NCBI GenBank assembly: GCA_051886215.1
Contig: JBJEXX010000111.1
Span: forward strand, 2,679 to 66,678
Length of the DNA: 64,000 bases
Direction: 5' to 3'
From: Bacilli bacterium
GTDB lineage: Bacteria; Bacillota_I; Bacilli_A; RF39; UBA660
The notes below the pieces were generated by a model that saw only the letters and a list, made by a program, of their open reading frames with translations, had not been told where the DNA came from and did not search any database. Shown here one piece after another: positions 7,926-15,207 of the stretch. Position 1 is the first letter of the stretch; the number at the start of each line of letters is the position of its first letter. The translations under genes were made by a program, and so were the position numbers.

Positions 7926-8159
7926 TCACTCTTGTGGTACTTCATGATAAATATTTCTATGAACGCATCTTTCTTTCATTGGTTCAGCGATTGGTTGTAC
8001 AGGACAACCTCCACCCATAGCAGGCATATCAGCTTGGGCCATAGAACCTTCATATTCTGTATTTACTGCCATATTCATTTCATTAGTTATTTGATTATTG
8101 TCACCAAAGAAATTAGCAGTCATGTCATTATCTCTATCATAACAACGATCTTGAAACAT
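7926..8159 (-). pseudogene. CotD-like spore coat protein, 5' (N-terminal) segment of a split gene
   Basis: AGGAGG sits 8 nt before the ATG. The 77-aa product ends ..GGCPVQPIAEPMKERCVHRNIYHEVPQE*, and the stop falls 2 codons past the shared pentamer. Confidence 0.7.
7931..7935. repeat. Right copy of shared core CTTGT (putative att crossover region)
   Basis: Lies inside codons cc[a caa g]ag on the minus strand, in the same phase as the left copy. Confidence 0.45.
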
Positions 8160-8244
8160 ATTTATTTCCTCCTATCTAGTCTATCATATTCAAATATGGT
8201 ATAAATGTTATATTTGAATAGCCTAAATAAAAGAAAAAATACCA

Positions 8245-9552
8245 TTAAAATGGCATTTTCATATTTCCATTAGAAAATTGTTTCATCATTTTTTTCATTT
8301 GTTCAAATTGCGTCAATAACTTATTTACTTCTTGAACACTAGTTCCACTACCTTTAGCTATTCTAGTTTTTCTACTAGCCTTTATTATTTCAGGATTACG
8401 TCTTTCCTTAGGAGTCATAGATAAAATAATGGCCTCAATCCTATTTATCAATTTTGGATCAATATTAATATTATTAAGTCCTAATTTAGATGCTCCTGGA
8501 ATTAACTTTAACAATTTATCAAGAGGTCCAAGTTTTTTAATTTGTTTCATTTGTGATAAAAAGTCCTCTAAATCAAACTTACCACTTTTCATTTTTTTTG
8601 CAGCATTCATTGCTTCTTTTTCATCTATAACTTCTTCAGCTTTTTCTACTAAAGAAATAATGTCTCCCATTCCAAGAATTCTACCAGACATTCTTTCGGG
8701 ATCAAAGTATTCAATGCCATCTAGTTTTTCACTAACACCAATAAATTTAATTGGTACATTAGTCAAATGTCTAACAGATAAAGCGACTCCACCTCTAGTA
8801 TCTCCATCTAATTTAGTTAAAATAACACCTGTAAGTGGTAATTTATTATTAAATCCAGTAATAACATTAATTGCATCTTGTCCCATCATAGCATCAATAA
8901 CTAATAGAATTTCTTCAGGATTAACTGAATTTTTAATATTATCTAATTCATCCATTAAATTATCATCTATATGAAGTCTACCAGCTGTATCTATTAAAAC
9001 ATAATCATATCCATTGTCTTTTGCATATTTAATTGCATTCTTACTTATTTCAATAGGATTATTTTTTCCTTCATCATAAACTTCAATATTTAATTGTTTA
9101 CCAATTTGCTTTAATTGATCAATCGCTGCAGGTCTATAAACATCACAAGCAACTAATAAAGGTTTTTTAGAATTTTTCTTTCTAATTAAATTAGCAAGTT
9201 TTCCTATAGTAGTTGTCTTACCACTACCTTGAAGTCCTACCAACATACATATTGCTGGATTTCCTTTCAAATTCAGTTCTTTACTTTCTCCTCCAAGAAG
9301 TTCTGTAAGTTCATCCTTTACAATTTTAACAAAAACTTCTCCAGGTTTTAAACTAGTAGCAACTTCTTTTCCTAATGCCTTTTCTTTAACTTTAGAAGTA
9401 AACTCTTTAACTACTTGATAATTAACATCAGCTTCTAATAAAGCTAATCTAATTTCACGCATCATTTCTGAAATATTTTCTTCTGTTATTTTTCCATAAC
9501 CCTTAATCTTGTGTACTACATTTTGTAATCTATCAGATAATCCTTCAAACAT
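8245..9552 (-). CDS. ffh: Signal recognition particle protein Ffh
   Basis: MFEGLSDRLQ N-terminus, GLQGSGKTTT P-loop, DTAGR, TKLDGD, and a Met-rich C-terminal M domain. The first ATG after AGGTGA was taken as the start. Confidence 0.95.
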   Translation of the reverse strand: MFEGLSDRLQNVVHKIKGYGKITEENISEMMREIRLALLEADVNYQVVKEFTSKVKEKALGKEVATSLKPGEVFVKIVKDELTELLGGESKELNLKGNPAICMLVGLQGSGKTTTIGKLANLIRKKNSKKPLLVACDVYRPAAIDQLKQIGKQLNIEVYDEGKNNPIEISKNAIKYAKDNGYDYVLIDTAGRLHIDDNLMDELDNIKNSVNPEEILLVIDAMMGQDAINVITGFNNKLPLTGVILTKLDGDTRGGVALSVRHLTNVPIKFIGVSEKLDGIEYFDPERMSGRILGMGDIISLVEKAEEVIDEKEAMNAAKKMKSGKFDLEDFLSQMKQIKKLGPLDKLLKLIPGASKLGLNNINIDPKLINRIEAIILSMTPKERRNPEIIKASRKTRIAKGSGTSVQEVNKLLTQFEQMKKMMKQFSNGNMKMPF

Positions 9553-9590
9553 TTTCATCACCTAATTAAAATATTAACACAAAACATATA

Positions 9591-9633
9591 AAAATAAAAA
9601 GTATTCTACAAAAATAGAATACTTATTTTTTTT
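9591..9633 (-). terminator. Bidirectional hairpin terminator downstream of rny
   Basis: GTATTCTA-caaaaa-TAGAATAC is flanked by an A-run and a T-run. Confidence 0.7.
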
Positions 9634-9638
9634 AAACC

Positions 9639-11189
9639 TTATTTTGCTTCTTCTTGAGCTCTTACTTCACGTATAACAGTAACTTTAATAGTACCTGGAT
9701 ATTGCATTGTAGATTCAATTTTTTCTTTTACCTCTCTAGCAATTCTATGAGCAGATAAATCATCAACTTCTTCTGGTTTTACTACAACACGAAGTTCTCT
9801 ACCAGCTTGAACGGCAAATGTTTTTTCAACACCTGATATATCATCCGCAACTGCTTCTAATTGTTCTAATCTTTTAATATAGTTTTCTAAAGAATCATTT
9901 CTAGCTCCTGGACGAGATGCAGATAAAGCATCCGCAATCGCTACTAAAACTGAAATAATACTAGTAGGCGCTGTATCACCATGATGTGATGCAATTGCAT
10001 TAACAACTATTTCATGTTCATGATATTTTTTTGCTAAATCAACACCAATATCAACATGACTACCTTCAATCTCATGATCTATTGCTTTTCCAATATCGTG
10101 CAAAAGTCCAGCTCTTTTTGCTAATGTAACATTTTCACCTAACTCTTGAGCTAAAATGCCTGAAAGATTTGCAACTTCAATTGAATGTTGTAAAGCATTT
10201 TGTCCATAACTTGTTCTAAAATGTAATTTACCAATTATTTCTACTAAATCAGGATCTACTTTAGTTATTCCTAATTCAAATAAAGCATTATTACCATATT
10301 CAATAATTTTTTCTTTCATTTCTTTGGCTGTTTTATCATATAATTCTTCTATTCTAGTTGGATGAATTCTTCCATCCTTAATTAGAGTTTCAAGAGTTAC
10401 TCTAGCAATCTCTCTTCTTAAAGGATCAAAACTAGATAAAACAACAGCTTCTGGTGTATCGTCTATTATTAAATCTACACCTGTTATAGCTTCAATAGTT
10501 CTAATATTTCTACCTTCTCTACCAATAATACGCCCTTTCATATCATCATTAGGAAGATTAACTACAGTGACAGTCTGCTCATTAGCAATGTCTGCAGCAT
10601 ATCTTTGCATACTAGTTACTAATAAATTTTTAGCTTTTTTATCTACTTCTAACTTGGCTTCATTTTCTCTTTCTTTAATATACATAGTTATTTCTTTATT
10701 CATAGATTCCTCTACTTTTTCCATAACCATTTTTTTAGCTTTTTCTTTTGTGAAGCCTGATATTTTTTCAAGTAATTCTAGTTGCTCTTTCTTTATTTCT
10801 TCCACTTTTACTTGTTCGTTTAGGAGTTCTTGTTGTTTTAAAGATAATTTCTCATCTCTTTCATCCAATAAGTTTTCACGTTTTTGATAAGTTTCATCAC
10901 GTTTATCCATATTTTTTTCTCTTTGAATTAAACGTTGTTCAGCATCTTTTAATTCTGCTTTTTTTTCTTTAATTTCTTTATCAATTTCCATTTTTAGCTT
11001 ATGAGCTTCCTCTTTAGCTTCAAATAAAAGTTCACGTTTAGCCTTTTCGCCATCTTTTTTAGCTTTTTCTAAAAAAGATCTCGCTCTATTAGCGGCATTT
11101 TTTTCTTTTACCTTAGATACAGCGAAACTTCCAGCTGCACCCGTTGTTAATCCTACTACGACTAGCAAAATGGAGATTCCTAATTCCAT
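9639..11189 (-). CDS. rny: Ribonuclease Y
   Basis: N-terminal TM segment, Lys/Glu coiled coil, KH domain ([12 protein letters not shown]) and HD domain (LLHDIGKA). Confidence 0.95.
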   Translation of the reverse strand: MELGISILLVVVGLTTGAAGSFAVSKVKEKNAANRARSFLEKAKKDGEKAKRELLFEAKEEAHKLKMEIDKEIKEKKAELKDAEQRLIQREKNMDKRDETYQKRENLLDERDEKLSLKQQELLNEQVKVEEIKKEQLELLEKISGFTKEKAKKMVMEKVEESMNKEITMYIKERENEAKLEVDKKAKNLLVTSMQRYAADIANEQTVTVVNLPNDDMKGRIIGREGRNIRTIEAITGVDLIIDDTPEAVVLSSFDPLRREIARVTLETLIKDGRIHPTRIEELYDKTAKEMKEKIIEYGNNALFELGITKVDPDLVEIIGKLHFRTSYGQNALQHSIEVANLSGILAQELGENVTLAKRAGLLHDIGKAIDHEIEGSHVDIGVDLAKKYHEHEIVVNAIASHHGDTAPTSIISVLVAIADALSASRPGARNDSLENYIKRLEQLEAVADDISGVEKTFAVQAGRELRVVVKPEEVDDLSAHRIAREVKEKIESTMQYPGTIKVTVIREVRAQEEAK

Positions 11190-11290
11190 ATTATACCTCC
11201 ATTCATAATTTTATTTGTTTGAGTTGTTATTTTAACTACCCAATATTATTGTAAATTTTATAGAGTTAAAAGTCAATGACAACTTGAAAC

Positions 11291-11318
11291 AAAAAAAGAA
11301 AAGAACCCGTAGGTTCTA
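11291..11318 (-). terminator. Rho-independent terminator of recA
   Basis: On the minus strand AGAACC-tacg-GGTTCT is followed by TTTCTTTTTTT. The stem overlaps the TAG stop. Confidence 0.7.
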
Positions 11319-12323
11319 TTTTGCTATACCATAAAATTCTCGTATTTTTTGTTCTATTTCTTTACTTAAACTTTCGTTTTCTTTAAGTAATAATTTAACA
11401 TTTTCTTTTCCTTGACCTAACTTTTCACCATTATAGCTAAACCAAGCTCCACTTTTTTCAATAATACCAGCTTCTACACCTAAATCCACTAATTCACCTT
11501 CATGTGAAACTCCTTCACCATACATTATATCAACACTAGCAACTTTAAATGGTGGCGCAACTTTATTCTTAACTACCTTGATATTAGTTCTATTACCTAT
11601 AACAGAATCACTTACTTTTAAAGCTTCACCTCTTCTAACATCTAATCTTATAGTTGAATAAAATTTCAATGCTCTTCCTCCAGTTGTTGTTTCCGGATTT
11701 CCAAACATTACTCCAACTTTTTCTCTCAATTGATTAATAAAAATTGCAGTTGTTTTAGTCTTATTTATAGTTCCAGAAAGTTTTCTCAAAGCTTGAGACA
11801 TAAGTCTTGCTTGAAGTCCTACATGAGAATCTCCCATTTCACCATCAATTTCTGCTTGTGGAACTAAAGCTGCGACAGAATCAATAACTATAATATTAAC
11901 TGCTTCACTTCTAACTAAAGCTTCACATATTTCAAGAGCTTGCTCTCCAGTATCAGGTTGTGCCAATAATAACTCATTAATATCTACTCCTAAATTTTTG
12001 GCATAAACAGGATCTAAAGCATGCTCAGCATCAATGAAAGCAGCTCTACCACCACTTTTTTGAACTTCCGCAATTGCATGAAGAGCAAAAGTAGTTTTAC
12101 CACTTGACTCTGGACCATATATTTCTATAATTCTTCCTTTAGGATATCCTCCTACACCTAACGCTATATCTAAAGAGATAGAACCACTGGAAGTTACATC
12201 TATTTCCATGTGTTTATTTTCTCCTAATTTCATTATTGAACCTTTACCAAATTGTTTTTCTATATCTGCTAAAACTTGATCTAGTTTACTATCAGAATTA
12301 GCAGTTTGTACTTTTTTTGCCAT
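11316..12323 (-). CDS. recA: Recombinase RecA
   Basis: GPESSGKTT Walker [10 protein letters not shown], and canonical RecA sequence over the full length. Confidence 0.98.
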   Translation of the reverse strand: MAKKVQTANSDSKLDQVLADIEKQFGKGSIMKLGENKHMEIDVTSSGSISLDIALGVGGYPKGRIIEIYGPESSGKTTFALHAIAEVQKSGGRAAFIDAEHALDPVYAKNLGVDINELLLAQPDTGEQALEICEALVRSEAVNIIVIDSVAALVPQAEIDGEMGDSHVGLQARLMSQALRKLSGTINKTKTTAIFINQLREKVGVMFGNPETTTGGRALKFYSTIRLDVRRGEALKVSDSVIGNRTNIKVVKNKVAPPFKVASVDIMYGEGVSHEGELVDLGVEAGIIEKSGAWFSYNGEKLGQGKENVKLLLKENESLSKEIEQKIREFYGIAK

Positions 12324-12395
12324 GTTATTTCCTCCTAAATTTTACTTACATATTAATTGTAACTTATGCAGTAATAAAAAGTCAATACTTTTTTA

Positions 12396-12409
12396 CGAAA
12401 ATTTGTTTG
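12396..12409. promoter_or_regulatory. Possible degenerate LexA (Cheo/SOS) box upstream of recA
   Basis: CGAAAATTTGTTTG against consensus CGAACnnnnGTTCG, with both inner C positions mismatched. It lies 10 nt upstream of a TTGACT -35 (plus 12380-12385). Confidence 0.3.
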
Positions 12410-12436
12410 TAGTAAATTATTCTTGTTTTAAGAATG

Positions 12437-12464
12437 AAAAAAAAGAATTCTCTTAAGGAATTCT
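12437..12464 (-). terminator. Rho-independent terminator of pgsA
   Basis: On the minus strand AGAATTC-cttaaga-GAATTCT is followed by a run of 7 T. Confidence 0.7.
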
Positions 12465-12492
12465 ATAAATTCAAACAAAATATTAACTCAAT

Positions 12493-13086
12493 TTAATTTT
12501 TTGTTCCTATAATTTTTTTAGTCATATTCATATATTCTATCATAGAAACTATTGCCATAACACATGCTAGATATAAACTAAAATTAGCTACATCTAAATT
12601 AATAATCTCAAATGGCAAATTATAAAACAAACTTAAGGCAACACCAATCATTAAAAAAGTTGTTTTTACTTTTCCTGAATATATTGCTGCGACTACTTTA
12701 CCATGTGAAGCTACTTCCATCTTTAAAGCATCAACTACTATATCTCTGATAATTATTATTACTGGAATTATAACACTTATAAATCCTTGGCAAGCTAAAA
12801 TAATCAATACAGAATCTACTAAAATTTTATCTGCTATGGCATCTAACATTTTACCTAGATCACTAATTAAATTTCTTTTTCTAGCAATATGCCCATCTAA
12901 AGCATCAGTAATACTTGCTATTATAAATAATACTCCTGCGATTATATATTCAAGCTTAACATAAATACCACCAACTAAAAATCTTGGCACATCAATTCCA
13001 ATAGTATGAAATGGAAATATTAATAATATAACTGTAATAATAGCAAGAATAATTCTTGAAACTGTTAACTTAGTAGGTAAATTCAT
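12493..13086 (-). CDS. pgsA: CDP-diacylglycerol--glycerol-3-phosphate 3-phosphatidyltransferase
   Basis: CDP-alcohol phosphatidyltransferase motif DALDGHIARKRNLISDLGKMLDAIADK in a multi-TM protein, located downstream of the rodZ-like gene and upstream of recA. Confidence 0.85.
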   Translation of the reverse strand: MNLPTKLTVSRIILAIITVILLIFPFHTIGIDVPRFLVGGIYVKLEYIIAGVLFIIASITDALDGHIARKRNLISDLGKMLDAIADKILVDSVLIILACQGFISVIIPVIIIIRDIVVDALKMEVASHGKVVAAIYSGKVKTTFLMIGVALSLFYNLPFEIINLDVANFSLYLACVMAIVSMIEYMNMTKKIIGTKN

Positions 13087-13570
13087 ATCTTAATTCCTCC
13101 TTAACATTTTTTAATTCGCTAGTTTTTTTATTACCAGCATTACTTGATACTGCCCCAATTATCAAATAAACGACTAAAACTATTAATATACAAACAAGAA
13201 CACATAATACAATAGGAGCAAAATCAATCTTCTTTTTTACAACTTTTGTATAAGGAGAACTTATAGTTTTACTACTTTCTTCATCCTTTTTATTCTTCGC
13301 AGCCATAATATCTTCTATTGAAATCTTTGATGTATGTTCAAATAAAAAATCATTAAATTCTAAAGCCACTTTTTTTACATCAAGACCCAAATATTTAGCG
13401 TACTTTTTTATCATATCACGCAAATTATAAATATCTTTAAAAGCTCTTGTATTACCAGCTTCTATATTTTCAAGTTCCATAACAGAAATACTCAAATCAT
13501 CAGCAGCTTCATCTAAATTAATTCCATTTGTTTCTCTTTGTTCTTTTAAATATTCACCTAATTCTTTCAT
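13070..13570 (-). CDS. RodZ-like XRE-HTH membrane protein
   Basis: N-terminal HTH (LGEYLKEQRETNGINLDEAADDLSI) plus a single TM near the C-terminus. Overlaps the pgsA start. Confidence 0.6.
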   Translation of the reverse strand: MKELGEYLKEQRETNGINLDEAADDLSISVMELENIEAGNTRAFKDIYNLRDMIKKYAKYLGLDVKKVALEFNDFLFEHTSKISIEDIMAAKNKKDEESSKTISSPYTKVVKKKIDFAPIVLCVLVCILIVLVVYLIIGAVSSNAGNKKTSELKNVKEELRYEFTY

Positions 13571-13600
13571 TTAGGTCACTCCTTTTAAAAAAAAATAAAT

Positions 13601-13954
13601 AATATTTTATAAGCCATGTTTTGTGCCTATTTCTAGGTGACAAACATCTATCTACCAACAAAGTTGGTCCCAGTATCCATTGTTATTCTTTCAACTGGAC
13701 TCCCCTACCATAATTTGGGTTTCTCGCTCATGGGGTTTACCGCGTTTCACAAATAGATTTCTCTATTTTTTCGTCACTGTGGCACTTTATATCTACTCTA
13801 ACCATATCCAAAGACTTAGATTATTTCGATGCCGTTAGATTTCTCTACCTACGGTTATTTATTCCCGTAGCATGAACAATAGAAACAATTTCAGTTTCTA
13901 GCGAGCATGGACTTTCCTCTACACCACTACGAGTGCAGCGTTTGTCAAAATATT
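13601..13954 (-). ncRNA. rnpB: RNase P RNA, type B
   Basis: The minus strand contains GAGGAAAGTCCATGCTCGC, AAAGTGCCACAGTGACG, AACGCGGTAAACCCCATGAGCGAGAAACCCAAATTATGGTAGGGGA, GTAGATAGATG and ACAAAACATGGCTTA in the B. subtilis rnpB order. A terminal AATATTTT/AAAATATT pairing is consistent with P1. Ends are accurate to about +/-10 nt. Confidence 0.9.
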
Positions 13955-14279
13955 ATTCATCTTTTCCGTATACTATTTTTTCTAATTGAGATAACCTTCT
14001 CATAATATCAACATTAGTAACTTCCTTACTTTCAGAAGTCTTAGCTAAATCAATACTAGCTTTAGCATTTCTAAGTTCTTGCTTTAATTCCATTATCTCA
14101 TTAAGTAAATTTTCTTTTTCATCCTCTAAAGATCTAATCATTTTAGCAAATTGTTCATAATCACTTATTATGACATCTAAAAATTGATCAACTTCTTTAA
14201 GTCTGTAACCACGTGTATCAATTTTAAATTCTTTTTCTAAAATATCTTGAGGAGATAAATTTATTTGATTTTGAAACAT
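13953..14279 (-). CDS. gpsB: Cell cycle protein GpsB (DivIVA-domain)
   Basis: ILEKEFKIDTRGYRLKEVDQFLDVIISDYE is a DivIVA/GpsB N-domain. Start taken at the ATG after GGTGA. Synteny next to rnpB and recU-ponA as in Bacillus. Confidence 0.8.
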   Translation of the reverse strand: MFQNQINLSPQDILEKEFKIDTRGYRLKEVDQFLDVIISDYEQFAKMIRSLEDEKENLLNEIMELKQELRNAKASIDLAKTSESKEVTNVDIMRRLSQLEKIVYGKDE

Positions 14280-14358
14280 ACCTATCACCAATCCCTACTA
14301 TATTATAGTAAAAGAAAAAAAGAATTTTGTCAATATAGTGCTAACTATAAAAATAGAC

Positions 14359-14463
14359 CTATATATTTAAATTACTAATATTCCTACTAATATTTTTTAT
14401 TTTAGCGTATATAATATTTTCTTCCATTTTATTTAAAATTAAACAGACATCTAATTGATTCAT
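14359..14463 (-). CDS. Possible 34-aa small ORF
   Basis: GGAGG sits 5 nt before the ATG; product MNQLDVCLILNKMEENIIYAKIKNISRNISNLNI. No family recognised. Confidence 0.25.
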   Translation of the reverse strand: MNQLDVCLILNKMEENIIYAKIKNISRNISNLNI

Positions 14464-14616
14464 ATATACCTCCTACATCATAATATCAACAAATATATTT
14501 TCATAAAACAACTTCGACAAAAGAAGATAAAATATCTCATAATTTTATTACAATTATTTTTAAAAATATATAGTATTTTTTTTACTTTTATTGTATAATT
14601 TTAGGTAGGTGATTAT

Positions 14617-15207
14617 ATGAAGTACCCTAAAGGAGTAAAGTTAAATATAAGTAATATAAAAACCGATAAAATTTCATATTCTAATAGAGGTATGGAATTA
14701 GAAAAAGAAATAAATATAAGTAATGAATATTATCGTAATAATAATATTGCTTTTATTTATAAAAAACCTACTCCTATAAAAATAGTTGATGTTGATTATC
14801 CATCTAGAAAAGAAGCAATAATAAAAAAAGCTTATTTTGAAAAACCATCAACAACTGATTATAATGGGATTTATAAAGGAAAATATATTGATTTTGAAGC
14901 TAAAGAAACTTTAAATACTACTTCTTTTCCTTTAGCAAATATTCATAAACACCAAATTGAACATATAAGAAATATAATAAATCAGGCGGGTATTTGTTTT
15001 CTAATAGTTAGATTTGTAAGATGTAATATAACATATCTTCTTAAAGGAGAGGATTTTATTGATTTTGTAGATCATAATAAAAGAAAATCAATACCTCTTA
15101 ATTTTTTTAAAGAAAAAGCTTATGTTATAAAAGATGAATATCTACCTAGAATAAATTATATTAAAATTATTGATGAAGTATATGGAGGTGCATTAAATGC
15201 CAAGTAG
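14617..15207 (+). CDS. recU: Holliday junction resolvase RecU
   Basis: 196 aa with a RecU-like core (GMELEKEIN..YKKPTPIKIV..DFEAKET). Overlaps the ponA start as in the Bacillus recU-ponA operon. Confidence 0.85.
   Translation: MKYPKGVKLNISNIKTDKISYSNRGMELEKEINISNEYYRNNNIAFIYKKPTPIKIVDVDYPSRKEAIIKKAYFEKPSTTDYNGIYKGKYIDFEAKETLNTTSFPLANIHKHQIEHIRNIINQAGICFLIVRFVRCNITYLLKGEDFIDFVDHNKRKSIPLNFFKEKAYVIKDEYLPRINYIKIIDEVYGGALNAK

Larger units (their letters stand above)
473..7935. mobile_element. Integrated ~7.46-kb large-serine-recombinase element interrupting the CotD-like gene (candidate sporulation intervening element)
   Basis: Bounded by direct CTTGT pentamers (473-477 and 7931-7935) in identical codon phase of the two gene halves. 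Contains an LSR gene and unrelated cargo, all on the minus strand. Boundaries are accurate to about +/-6 bp. Confidence 0.7.

Noticed and set aside
8160-8244. Possible mother-cell (sigma-K/sigma-E type) -10 element CATATTTGA upstream of the coat-gene 5' half
   Set aside because: It is only a partial match to CATAnnnTA with no convincing -35. It cannot be distinguished from background in this AT-rich spacer.
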